NCBI GenBank assembly: GCA_031459915.1
Contig: JAVKHO010000003.1
Span: forward strand, 96,001-160,000
Direction of reading: 5' to 3'
From: Candidatus Tepidifontimicrobium thermophilum
GTDB taxonomy: Bacteria; Sysuimicrobiota; Sysuimicrobiia; Sysuimicrobiales; Sysuimicrobiaceae
DNA length: 64,000 nt
Part shown: positions 50,242-60,744 of the stretch, piece by piece
Position numbering within the stretch: position 1 is the stretch's first letter
Layout of the letters: every line of letters starts with the position of its first letter
Translations under genes and position numbers: made by a program
Notes under the pieces: model-generated
The model's database searches: none
What the model saw: the letters and a program-made list of their open reading frames with translations, nothing else
What the model was told of the DNA's origin: nothing

Positions 50242-51479
50242 GGCTGGTGTGTGACCTGCACCTGCACTCCCGGTACAGCCGCGCCACCAGCCGTGACATG
50301 GACGTGGAGAACATCAGCGTGTGGGCGCGGCGGAAGGGCATCCACGTGGTGGGGACCGGGGACTTCACCCACCCCGTGTGGCTGCGGGAGCTGCGCGCCA
50401 AGCTGGAGCCTGCCGAACCTGGCCTGTACCGATACGGGGAGACCCGGTTTGTGCTCACCGCGGAGGTCAGCAACGTGTACAGTCAGGACGGCCGGCTGCG
50501 GAAGATCCACAGCATCCTGCTGAGTCCGTCCTTCGAGGTGTGCGAGCGGATCGCCGCGGTCCTGGGGCGTTTCGGCAACCTGATGGCGGACGGCCGCCCG
50601 ACCCTGACGGTGTCCTGCGCCAAGCTGGTGGAGTACGTGATGGAGCTGTCGCCGGACTGCCTGGTGATCCCCGCCCACGCCTGGACCCCGTGGTTCTCCG
50701 TGTTCGGATCCCAGTCCGGCTTCGACGACCTGGAGAGCTGCTTCGGTGACCAGCTGCCCCACATCCGGGCCATCGAGACCGGGCTCAGCAGCGACCCACC
50801 CATGAACTGGCGATGCAGTTTTCTGGACCGCGTCACCCTGGTGTCCTTCAGCGACGCCCACTCCCCCTCCAAGTTGGGGAGGGAGGCCACCGTGCTGGAC
50901 TGCGACCGGTCCTACCCGGCCATCGTGGACGCGCTCCGGACCGGCCGCGTCGCGTATACCATCGAGTTCTTCCCCGAGGAGGGGAAGTACCACTACGACG
51001 GCCACCGGGCGTGCGGCGTCCGCTGGCCGCCCCGCGTGACCCGACAGCACGGGGGACGCTGCCCGCGCTGCGGCCGGCCGGTGACGGTGGGGGTCCTGCA
51101 CCGGGTGGAGTCCCTTGCGGACCGCGAGGAGGGGGTCCGGCCTCCCGGCCGGCCCGGCTACCGAAACCTGATCCCCCTGGACGAGATCCTGGCGGAGGCC
51201 ATGGGTCAGGGCGTGGGCACCGCCCGGGTCCGCGACGAGTACCTGAAGCTGGTGGCCCGGTTTGGGGATGAACTGCGGGTCCTGGAGGAGGTGCCGCTGG
51301 AGGAGCTGGAGCGGGCCACCCACGCCAAGGTGGCGGAGGGGATCCGCCGGATGCGGGAGGGACGGGTGTACATCGAGCCGGGGTACGACGGGGAGTTCGG
51401 ACGGATCCACCTGTTCGAGGACAGCCCGAAACAGGCACCGGCAGCCACGGCTGAGGGCGCCCAGATGAGCCTGTTCTGA
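50238..51479 (+). CDS. endonuclease Q family (PHP domain) protein
   Basis: DLHLHSRYSRATS, GTGDFTHP, PAHAWTPW, ETGLSSDP, SDAHS, GKYHYDGH, CPRCG, PGYDGEFG. Confidence 0.88.
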   Translation: MRLVCDLHLHSRYSRATSRDMDVENISVWARRKGIHVVGTGDFTHPVWLRELRAKLEPAEPGLYRYGETRFVLTAEVSNVYSQDGRLRKIHSILLSPSFEVCERIAAVLGRFGNLMADGRPTLTVSCAKLVEYVMELSPDCLVIPAHAWTPWFSVFGSQSGFDDLESCFGDQLPHIRAIETGLSSDPPMNWRCSFLDRVTLVSFSDAHSPSKLGREATVLDCDRSYPAIVDALRTGRVAYTIEFFPEEGKYHYDGHRACGVRWPPRVTRQHGGRCPRCGRPVTVGVLHRVESLADREEGVRPPGRPGYRNLIPLDEILAEAMGQGVGTARVRDEYLKLVARFGDELRVLEEVPLEELERATHAKVAEGIRRMREGRVYIEPGYDGEFGRIHLFEDSPKQAPAATAEGAQMSLF

Positions 51480-51484
51480 ACACG

Positions 51485-52672
51485 ATGGCCGCGCGCACTC
51501 CCACGGTGGTGCTGCGGCGCGGCCGAGACCGCCGGCTGCGCGCCGGTCACCTGTGGGTGTACGAGGGCGAGGTGGAAGAGGTCCGCGGCGACCCGGCGCC
51601 GGGCGAGGTGGTGGACGTACGGTCGTGGCGCAACGAGTTCCTCGGCCGGGGTACTTTCAGCCCGCAGTCTGCGATCCGGGTGCGTGTGCTCACGGATCGC
51701 GAGGAGCCGGTGGACGAGGCGTTCTTCGAGCGCCGGCTGCGGGAGGCGCTGCGGCTGAGGGAGCGGGTAGTCTCCGGGACCACGGCGTACCGGCTCGTGT
51801 ACGGGGAGGGGGACCTGCTCCCGGGCCTCGTGGTGGACCGGTACAACGACCTGCTGGTGATGCAGACCCTGGCCGTGGGCATGGACGTGCGGAAGGAGCT
51901 GCTGGCAGACCTCCTCCTGTCCCTCACAGGCTGCCGCGCCGTGTACCTGCGCAACGACCCCCACGCGCGGGAGCTGGAGGGCCTGCCGCGGCACCAGGGG
52001 TTCTTGCGGGGCGAGGCGGAGCTGCGTCAGGTGGTGCACGAGGGCCCCGCGCGGTTCGTGGTGGACGTTCAAGGGGGGCAGAAGACGGGCTGGTTCTGTG
52101 ACCAGCGGGAGAACCGGTTGAGTGTGGCCGGTCTCGCCCGCGGGGCGGAGGCGCTGGAGGTGTTCAGCTACACGGGCGCCTTCGGGGTGCACGCAGCCCT
52201 GGCGGGTGCCCGATCCGTCCTCGGGATCGAGGTGAGCGAGGAGATGGTCCGGCTGGCCCAGGAGAACGCCGGGCTGAACGGCGTGGGCGACCGCTGCGAG
52301 TACCGGGTGGCCAACGCCTTCGACGAGCTGCGGGCCCTCACCCGAGAGGGGCGGTCCTTCGACTGGGTGGTCCTCGACCCACCCGCTTTCGCACGCCGCA
52401 AGGACGCCGTCCCCCGGGCGCTGTCGGGCTACCGGGACATCAACGTGTGGGCCCTGAAGCTGCTTCGGCCCGGGGGCTTCCTGGTGACGTGCTCGTGCTC
52501 CTACCACGTCGACGACGCGAGCCTGTGGGGCGTGGTCCTGGACGCCGCCCGGGACGCGGGCCGGCGCCTGCGGCTGGTGGAGCACCGATCCCAGGCGCGG
52601 GACCACCCGGCGCTGGCCGCCATGCCGGAGACCCGGTACCTGAAGTGCTTCGTCCTGCAGGCCGTCTCCTAG
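51485..52672 (+). CDS. rlmI: RlmI-like 23S rRNA m5C methyltransferase (PUA + SAM domain)
   Basis: GHLWVY, EGDLLPGLVVD, GQKTGWFCDQR, FSYTGAF, LDPPAF, TCSCS, ETRYLK. Confidence 0.85.
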   Translation: MAARTPTVVLRRGRDRRLRAGHLWVYEGEVEEVRGDPAPGEVVDVRSWRNEFLGRGTFSPQSAIRVRVLTDREEPVDEAFFERRLREALRLRERVVSGTTAYRLVYGEGDLLPGLVVDRYNDLLVMQTLAVGMDVRKELLADLLLSLTGCRAVYLRNDPHARELEGLPRHQGFLRGEAELRQVVHEGPARFVVDVQGGQKTGWFCDQRENRLSVAGLARGAEALEVFSYTGAFGVHAALAGARSVLGIEVSEEMVRLAQENAGLNGVGDRCEYRVANAFDELRALTREGRSFDWVVLDPPAFARRKDAVPRALSGYRDINVWALKLLRPGGFLVTCSCSYHVDDASLWGVVLDAARDAGRRLRLVEHRSQARDHPALAAMPETRYLKCFVLQAVS

Positions 52673-52753
52673 GGCGTGGCGGTGGCGGGGGCGGGCCGGT
52701 AGAATAGAAGGGACCGACGTGGCGGTCCGGAGACCGAGGTTTCGCGGAGCGGC

Positions 52754-52788
52754 CGACGGGAGGGCGCAAGCCCCTCCCGTCGTTTTTT
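52754..52788 (+). terminator. intrinsic terminator immediately upstream of the next RBS
   Basis: CGACGGGAGGGC-GCAA-GCCCCTCCCGTCG-TTTTTT. Confidence 0.75.
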
Positions 52789-52807
52789 ACGGAGGAGGGG
52801 ACCAGCG

Positions 52808-54424
<1,617 letters not shown>

Positions 54425-54437
54425 GGGACGGGGCCCG

Positions 54438-55073
54438 GTGAGGGGGCTTTATATCGCCCTGGAGGGGCCGGAGGGCTCCGGGAAGACCACCCAGCTCCGG
54501 CGGCTGGCCGCCCGCCTCCGACAGATGGGGTGGGAGGTGGTGGAAGTCCGGGAACCCGGTAGCACCGGGCTGGGCGAGCAGGTCCGATCGCTCCTCGCGG
54601 ATCCCGCGCACGCCACCATGACGCCGGAGGCCGAGACGCTCCTGTTCGCCGCTGCCCGGGCCCAGTTGATCCGGGAAGTGGTCCGCCCGGCCCTGGACCG
54701 GGGTGCGGCGGTGCTGTCCGACCGCTGCGTGTACGCCTCCGTGGCGTACCAGGGGTATGGCCGCGGCCTGGGCGCGGAGGCGGTCTGGCAGGTGAACGAG
54801 CTGGCCACCGGGGGGCTGGTTCCCGACCTGGTGGTGCTGCTGGACCTGCCCGCAGAACTGGGCCTGGAGCGGGATACCGAGAAGGGCGCCTCCCGCCGCG
54901 ACCGGATCGGGCGGGAGGGGCTGGAGTTCCACCGCCGGGTGCGGGAAGGGTATCTGCGCTTGAGCCGAGAAGACCCGCGCATCCGCGTGGTCCGGGCGGA
55001 GGACGACCCCGACCGGGTGGCGGAGCGGGTGTGGGAGGCGGTGCGGCCGTTGCTGGAGCGGGCGGACGGATGA
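54438..55073 (+). CDS. tmk: thymidylate kinase
   Basis: EGPEGSGKTTQ, REPG, DR, SVAYQG, PDL. Confidence 0.96.
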   Translation: MRGLYIALEGPEGSGKTTQLRRLAARLRQMGWEVVEVREPGSTGLGEQVRSLLADPAHATMTPEAETLLFAAARAQLIREVVRPALDRGAAVLSDRCVYASVAYQGYGRGLGAEAVWQVNELATGGLVPDLVVLLDLPAELGLERDTEKGASRRDRIGREGLEFHRRVREGYLRLSREDPRIRVVRAEDDPDRVAERVWEAVRPLLERADG

Positions 55074-55399
55074 AGCTGGTGCTGGCCATCGTGCAGGAGA
55101 AAGACTCCGGGCGGCTGATGGACGCCCTCACGGAGTCCGGATTCCAGTCCACCCTGCTGGCCTCCACGGGCGGGTTCCTGCGGAGCGGCAACGCCACGGT
55201 CCTCATCGGCGTGGAGGACGCAGACGTGGAACGGGTCCTGGAGGTGGTGCGGCAGACCTGCCAGGTCCGGGAACAACTCATCAGCCCGATCCCGCCGGTG
55301 GCGGAACCTGTGGACGCCTACGCCGCGTACCCCGTGAGGGTCCAGGTGGGCGGCGCGGTGGTGTTCGTGCTGGGCGTGGACCGGGTGGAACGCATGTAG
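55070..55399 (+). CDS. darA: cyclic di-AMP receptor DarA/PstA (YaaQ, PII-like)
   Basis: MKLVLAIVQ.KD, LASTGGFLRSGNAT, VGGAVVFVL; tmk-yaaQ-holB synteny. Confidence 0.9.
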   Translation: MKLVLAIVQEKDSGRLMDALTESGFQSTLLASTGGFLRSGNATVLIGVEDADVERVLEVVRQTCQVREQLISPIPPVAEPVDAYAAYPVRVQVGGAVVFVLGVDRVERM

Positions 55400-55408
55400 G
55401 GGGACGGG

Positions 55409-56416
55409 GTGCGGTTCGCGGACGTTCTGGACCAGCACCACGCCATCGGGCTGTTGCGGTCGGCCCTGCGGAGCGGGCGCGTCCACCACGCCTACCTGTT
55501 CGCGGGGCCCGCAGGCACCGGGCGGTCGGAGACCGCCGCGGCCTTCGCGCAGGCGCTGCAGTGCGAGCGCTACCAGGAGGACAGCTGCGGGGTCTGTGAG
55601 CCCTGCCGTAAAGTCGCATCCGACGTGCACCCGGACGTGCGGTGGGTGCGCCCCCTGGAGGGCAAGACCACCATCGGCATCGACCAGGTCCGGGAGGTGC
55701 GGCGGGAGGCCGCGTACGGCCCCCACGAGGGGCGGTGGAAGACGTTCGTCTTCTGCCCCGCGGACGCCATGCTGGCAGAGGCACAGAACAGCCTCCTGAA
55801 GCTGTTGGAGGAGCCGCCCCAGCGAGTGGTGTTGGTGCTGGTGGTGGAGTCCGCGCAGGCGCTGCTGCCCACGGTGGTGTCCCGCTGCCAGTTGGTGCGG
55901 TTCAACCTGGTACCCATCAGCCAGATCGAGCACGCCCTCCGGGTGCAGTTCGGGGTCGACCCCGCCCGCGCACGGGTGCTGGCTGCCCTTTCGGCGGGGC
56001 GCGCCGCCCGCGCCGCCGCCTGGTCCAGGGATCCGGAGGCGCTGCGGGACCGGGACGCGGTGGTCGACAGCCTCGTGCGGGCCGAGCGGGAGGGACTTCT
56101 GGCAGCCCTGCAGGCGTGTGAGTTCCTCGCCCAGGACCGCTCACGGCTGCTGGACAGGCTGGAGGTGGCCGCCTTATGGTACCGGGACCTGGTGGTGTGG
56201 AAGGAGACCCGGGACCCCTCCCTGCTGGTCAACGTGGACCGTCGGGAGCAGGTGGAGGAACTCTCGGAGGCCCTGGATCCCCGCGCCCTTCGCCGCAGGC
56301 TGGACGCCCTCGAGGAAGCCCGCTGGGCCATCCGGCGGAACGTCAACCCGCGTCTGGCCCTGGAAGCCGCGTTCCTGCGGTTCGACGCCGGGGAGCCCGC
56401 GGTGGGCCGGACCTAG
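55409..56416 (+). CDS. holB: DNA polymerase III subunit delta'
   Basis: HAYLFAGPAGTG, CGVCEPC, HPDV, AQNSLLKLLEEPP, LPTVVSRCQ. Confidence 0.93.
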   Translation: MRFADVLDQHHAIGLLRSALRSGRVHHAYLFAGPAGTGRSETAAAFAQALQCERYQEDSCGVCEPCRKVASDVHPDVRWVRPLEGKTTIGIDQVREVRREAAYGPHEGRWKTFVFCPADAMLAEAQNSLLKLLEEPPQRVVLVLVVESAQALLPTVVSRCQLVRFNLVPISQIEHALRVQFGVDPARARVLAALSAGRAARAAAWSRDPEALRDRDAVVDSLVRAEREGLLAALQACEFLAQDRSRLLDRLEVAALWYRDLVVWKETRDPSLLVNVDRREQVEELSEALDPRALRRRLDALEEARWAIRRNVNPRLALEAAFLRFDAGEPAVGRT

Positions 56417-56466
56417 TTGCTGCGCGACTTTTAGTTGCTGCGCGACTTTTAGTTGCTGCGCGACTT
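56414..56466. repeat. tandem repeat, 3 x 18 bp (TAGTTGCTGCGCGACTTT)
   Basis: Exact copies at 56414 and 56432, and 17/18 at 56450; lies between convergent genes. Confidence 0.9.
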
Positions 56467-56487
56467 GACGTACAGTTGCGACACTGC

Positions 56488-56724
56488 TCAGCGCAGCACG
56501 CGGGGCAGCAACCACAGGAGCAGCAGGGCGATCCCCGCGGCCACCCACAGCCACGTCTGGAAGGGGCGCGGCCGGCCGGGGCGGCGCAGCCCCTCGGCAC
56601 AGGACCGGCACAGGTTGCCGCCCGCGCCGCGTACCACGCAGTCGTTGCAGATCGGCTTGCCGCACCGGTTGCAGTACTGCAGGGCGTCGCGGTCCGGGTG
56701 GTACGCACAGCGGATCGGACTCAC
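56488..56724 (-). CDS. B-box zinc-finger protein with C-terminal TM helix
   Basis: CAYHPDR...CNRCGKPICNDC...LCRSC, then a hydrophobic helix; GTG overlaps the nfo stop. Confidence 0.8.
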   Translation of the reverse strand: MSPIRCAYHPDRDALQYCNRCGKPICNDCVVRGAGGNLCRSCAEGLRRPGRPRPFQTWLWVAAGIALLLLWLLPRVLR

Positions 56725-57566
56725 CCGGGCGGCCCTCCCTCCCGCAGGCGCTTCAACCGCTCTAGGTTCGCCCGGTCCGGCCCCGTGCGGTCGAATCCCG
56801 GGGTCTCGATCACGCCGCTCAGGTGCTTCAGGCTGGGGTGGTGGATCCAGGCTCGGAATCCTTCCAGGCCGATGCGGCCCTCGCCGATGTTCTCGTGGCG
56901 GTCGATGCCGCTGGCCAGGTCCGAGCGGGAGTCGTTCAGATGCACCAGCTTCAGCCGGGCGAGGCCGACGCGTTCCCGGAATTCCGCCACCGTAGCGTCC
57001 ACGCCTTCCCTGGTGCGGAGGTCCCACCCCGCGGCGAACAGGTGGGCCGTGTCCAGGCAGACCCCCACCCGGGGGTGTCCGTGCAGGGCGTCCAGGACCA
57101 TGCGCAGCTCCTCAAAGGTCGCTCCCAGGGTACGACCCGCGCTACCCTCCAGCAAGATCCAGGCACGCTGCGAACCACCCAGTGCACGCTTCACCGCCCG
57201 GGCCACCCGGCCCACCGCGCGTCCCAGCGGCAGCCCGCGCTGGCTCCCCAGGTGGGTGACCACGCCCAGCCCTCCGGCTTCCTCCACGGTACGCAAGGCG
57301 TGAGCCAGGTGGCGCACCGACCGCTCGTACAGCTCGCCGTCGGCGGCGAGGTTGACCAGGTACGCCGCGTGCGCCACCAGGGGCCGGAGCCCGAACCTCC
57401 GACACCGCCGCCGCAACTCCGCCAGGTCCTCCGGTGGGTAGTGGACCTCCCGCCAACTGCGGGGGCTTCCTACGAAGATCTGCAGGCACTCACCGCCGAG
57501 GCGGGCCGCTCGGTCTGCGGCCTCGTAGATCCTGCCCCGGATGGACACGTGGGCCCCGAACCGCAC
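56721..57566 (-). CDS. nfo: endonuclease IV
   Basis: GAHVSI, HAAYLVNLA, HLGS, LLE, CLDTAHLFAAG, HLNDS, DRHENIGEG, IETP. Confidence 0.95.
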   Translation of the reverse strand: MRFGAHVSIRGRIYEAADRAARLGGECLQIFVGSPRSWREVHYPPEDLAELRRRCRRFGLRPLVAHAAYLVNLAADGELYERSVRHLAHALRTVEEAGGLGVVTHLGSQRGLPLGRAVGRVARAVKRALGGSQRAWILLEGSAGRTLGATFEELRMVLDALHGHPRVGVCLDTAHLFAAGWDLRTREGVDATVAEFRERVGLARLKLVHLNDSRSDLASGIDRHENIGEGRIGLEGFRAWIHHPSLKHLSGVIETPGFDRTGPDRANLERLKRLREGGPPG

Positions 57567-57607
57567 GGTGGTACTGTACTGGGTGGCCCGAGCGGTATCC
57601 TGGTGGC

Positions 57608-58495
57608 GTGTCGACGGCCGCACGCGGAGCGTTGGCGGACCTGGCCCTGCTGGCGGTGGCGGTGGTCTGGGGCACCACCTTCCCGCTGGCGAAGCGCATC
57701 CTGGAGGTCCTACCGCCCTTCTGGTACCTGACGGTGCGCTTCGCGGTGGCGTCCGGCGTCCTGCTGCCCGTGGCCCGGCGGCAGCTGGGACGGGCAGCAC
57801 GGCAGGACTGGGCTCGCAGCGCAGGGGTCGGTTTGGCCCTCACCGCAGGGTACGCGCTGCAGACCCTGGGCCTTCAGGGCTCAGGAGCCACGGACGCTGC
57901 GTTCCTCACGGGGCTGTTCGTGGTGCTGGTGCCCCTGCTGGGAGCGCTGTGGGGTCGCCGCCCTGGTCCCTGGGAGTGGGTGGGGGTCCTGGCGGGTACA
58001 GCCGGTCTCGCGCTCCTGACCGGAGGTCCGGCCGGTCTGGGGGGCCCGGAGCTTTTGCTGGTGGCCTGCGCGGGGTCCTTCGCGGTCCACATCCTGCTGC
58101 TGGACGCGGTGGCCCCGCGGCTTCCCGCAGCCTCCCTGGGCGGCGTGCAGATGCTGGTGGCCGCGGCGGGCTCAGCGGCCTTCGCGGCCACCGAGCCGGT
58201 TCCGGTGAACGTCCCGGGCGAGGTTTGGCTCGCGGTGGTGGGGATGGGGGTGCTGGCCGGCGCTGCGGCGTTCACCGTGCAGTCGTGGGCGCAACGGTTC
58301 ACCTCCCCCACCCATGTGGGTCTGGTGTTCACCGCGGAACCCTTGTCGGCCGCACTGCTGGCGCGGTGGTGGCTCGGCGAAACCTTGAGCCCATCGCAGT
58401 GGACGGGCGCCGGGCTTATCCTGGTCGGGATCGTGCTGGCACAGTTCCGCGCGGTCCCCGTGGGGACGGCGGTGCAGGGATCGGCGGGGCGCTAG
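57608..58495 (+). CDS. DMT/EamA family transporter
   Basis: VWGTTFP, LQTLGL, AFLTGLFVVLVP, QSWAQR, EPL; about 10 TM helices. Confidence 0.9.
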   Translation: MSTAARGALADLALLAVAVVWGTTFPLAKRILEVLPPFWYLTVRFAVASGVLLPVARRQLGRAARQDWARSAGVGLALTAGYALQTLGLQGSGATDAAFLTGLFVVLVPLLGALWGRRPGPWEWVGVLAGTAGLALLTGGPAGLGGPELLLVACAGSFAVHILLLDAVAPRLPAASLGGVQMLVAAAGSAAFAATEPVPVNVPGEVWLAVVGMGVLAGAAAFTVQSWAQRFTSPTHVGLVFTAEPLSAALLARWWLGETLSPSQWTGAGLILVGIVLAQFRAVPVGTAVQGSAGR

Positions 58496-58609
58496 CCCCT
58501 GTCCGGGGAGGCGCGGCCTGCGGGCCGGGATGGTCGGGGTTGCGGCGCGGCGGGGTCAGGTTTCACAGGAACCGAACAGGGTCGCAATCCCGAAAGGGGG
58601 CGGACTTCG

Positions 58610-59776
58610 ATGGCGCGCAAGCCTGGCTTCAACACCCTGGCGGCCCACGCGGGTGAACTGGCGGACCCCCACGGGGCGGTCTCGCCGCCCATCTACCAGA
58701 CCTCCACGTTCGCCTTCCCCACGGTGGAGGAGGGCGCCCGGCGGGCCGCCTCGTACTCGGAGGCCTTCTACACCCGTTGGGCCAACCCCACGGTACGGCT
58801 GGCGGAACAGCGCGTGGCCGCCCTGGAGGGAGCGGAGGCGTGTGTCCTGACCGCCTCAGGCATGGCCGCGGTGAGTGTGGCGGTGCTGTCCGTGGTGCGC
58901 GCCGGCGACCACGTGGTGTGCGCAGAGTGCGTGTACTCGGGCACCTTCGAGCTGTTCGGGAGGGTCCTGCCGCGCCTGGGGATCCAAACCACCTTCGTGG
59001 ACCCCACCGACCCCGAGAACTACGCGCGAGCCATGCGCCCCAACACGCGCTTGGTGTACGTGGAAACCCCCGCGAACCCGGTGCTCGCCATCACCGACAT
59101 CCGGGCCGTAGCGGAGCTGAGCCGGGCCGCGGGCGCGGTGTGCGTGGCGGACAACACCTTCGCGACCCCGTACAACACGCAGCCCCTCGCCCTGGGAGTG
59201 GACGTGGTGGTGCACAGCGCCACCAAGTACCTCGGCGGCCACCACCACCTGGTGCTGGGCGCGGTGGCCGGACCTGCGAGCTTTCTCCGAGGGTGGCGGG
59301 AGCAACTGCGGGTTTTCGGCGGTTGCGCGGACCCCTTCTCCGCGTGGCTGCTGCTCACAGGGATCCAGACGGTGGGCCTGCGGGTCGAGCGGCAGAACGC
59401 CACCGCGCGGGCGCTGGCAGAGTTCCTCCGTCGCCATCCCCGGGTCGAGCGGGTATACTACCCGGGTCTCGCGGACCATCCGGGGCACGACGTCGCGCGC
59501 CGCCAGATGCGGGGCTTCGGCGGCGTCCTGAGCTTCGAGGTGGCCGGGGGGCTGGAGGCTGGCCGCCGGGTGGTGGAGCGGTTGCGGTGGATGAAGCTGG
59601 CCGTGAGCCTGGGCGGCGTGCACTCCCTGGTCACCCACGCGGCCAGTACCACGCACGTGCATGTGCCGCGGGAGGAACGGCTGCGGGCGGGGATCTCGGA
59701 CGGCCTCATCCGGGTGGCGGTGGGCATCGAGGATCCGGAGGACCTGCTGGAGGACCTGGACCAGGCGCTGGCGTGA
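58610..59776 (+). CDS. PLP-dependent Cys/Met metabolism enzyme (methionine gamma-lyase / cystathionine gamma-synthase family)
   Basis: PIYQTSTF, YTRWANPT, SGMAA, ETPANP, DNTFATP, HSATKYLGGH, AVSLGG. Confidence 0.92.
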   Translation: MARKPGFNTLAAHAGELADPHGAVSPPIYQTSTFAFPTVEEGARRAASYSEAFYTRWANPTVRLAEQRVAALEGAEACVLTASGMAAVSVAVLSVVRAGDHVVCAECVYSGTFELFGRVLPRLGIQTTFVDPTDPENYARAMRPNTRLVYVETPANPVLAITDIRAVAELSRAAGAVCVADNTFATPYNTQPLALGVDVVVHSATKYLGGHHHLVLGAVAGPASFLRGWREQLRVFGGCADPFSAWLLLTGIQTVGLRVERQNATARALAEFLRRHPRVERVYYPGLADHPGHDVARRQMRGFGGVLSFEVAGGLEAGRRVVERLRWMKLAVSLGGVHSLVTHAASTTHVHVPREERLRAGISDGLIRVAVGIEDPEDLLEDLDQALA

Positions 59777-60258
59777 TGGACCGGAGGATAGCCCAGCTGC
59801 TGGCCCGCACGCGGGTCGTGGTGCACCAAGAGCCTTTGGTGTGGGTGAGCCTGCCGCCGACGGAGCGGGGCCGGCTGCAGCGCCGCGCGCACCGGTTCCA
59901 CTCGCCCTTCTGCCTCACCTTCGGGCCCCACGAGGTCTCCCTGGTGTGCCGGGAGGTGGAGTGGGACCAGGTGGGCAGAGGGTTGCGGGCGCGAGCGGTG
60001 CAGCGGGGCTACCGGATGATTACCCTGGACGTGGAGCTGGACCCGGACGTGGTGGGGTACCTGAGGGTGGTGACGGAGCGGCTGGCGCAGGCGGGAGTGT
60101 CGGTGTCCGTGGTCTCCACCTTCCACCGGGACCACCTCTTGGTCCGCGAGCAGGACGTGGCGCGGGCGCAGACGGCCCTGGAAGTCCTGGTCCAGGAGTG
60201 CGCGGGAATGGCCGCGCCGGAGGAGCCGTTGGCCTCCCCGGGAGGCAGCGGACGATGA
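59776..60258 (+). CDS. ACT-domain protein
   Basis: ITLDVELDPDVVGYL..VTERLAQAGVSV.VVSTFHRDHLLV (ACT_7-like). Confidence 0.75.
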   Translation: MDRRIAQLLARTRVVVHQEPLVWVSLPPTERGRLQRRAHRFHSPFCLTFGPHEVSLVCREVEWDQVGRGLRARAVQRGYRMITLDVELDPDVVGYLRVVTERLAQAGVSVSVVSTFHRDHLLVREQDVARAQTALEVLVQECAGMAAPEEPLASPGGSGR

Positions 60259-60704
60259 GCGCAGCGGACGGCGATTCCCTACTAGACCGCGGGTGGGTGG
60301 ACGAGGCCCGGGCCATCCTGCGGGCGGCGCGCAGGATCGCGGTGGTGGGGTTGTCAGACAAGCCCCACCGGCCCAGCTACGGCGTGGCGCGGTACCTGCG
60401 GGAACAGGGCTACGAGATCGTCCCCGTGAACCCCCACGTGCGGGAGACCCTGGGGCTGCGGAGCTACCCCTCCCTCCGGGACGTGCCCGGCCCCGTGGAC
60501 GTGGTGCAGGTCTTCCGGCGGTCGGAGTACGTGCCGGAGGTGGTGGAGGAAGCGGTGGCGGTGGGGGCGTGGGCGGTGTGGATGCAGGAGGGGGTGCGTC
60601 ACGAGGAGGCGGCACGCCGGGCCCGGCAGGCGGGGCTGCGCGTGGTGATGGACGCGTGTATGGCGGTGGTCCACCGGCTCCTGCGGGCTCGAGGAGAGCT
60701 GTAG
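60255..60704 (+). CDS. CoA-binding protein (YccU-like)
   Basis: IAVVGLSDKPHRPSYGV, PVNP, VDVVQVFRRS, WMQEG, MDAC. Confidence 0.9.
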   Translation: MSAADGDSLLDRGWVDEARAILRAARRIAVVGLSDKPHRPSYGVARYLREQGYEIVPVNPHVRETLGLRSYPSLRDVPGPVDVVQVFRRSEYVPEVVEEAVAVGAWAVWMQEGVRHEEAARRARQAGLRVVMDACMAVVHRLLRARGEL

Positions 60705-60744
60705 GACAGTCCACCGGTGGGGGCGCGGTCCAAGGGGGTGTGGG

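Noticed and set aside
56414..56466. CRISPR array
   Set aside because: The repeats are directly adjacent with no spacers, only 18 bp long, and no cas genes are present.
58496..58609. SAM riboswitch upstream of the Cys/Met PLP enzyme
   Set aside because: No SAM-I core (ATC..GAG...GAT) or other recognisable SAM aptamer.
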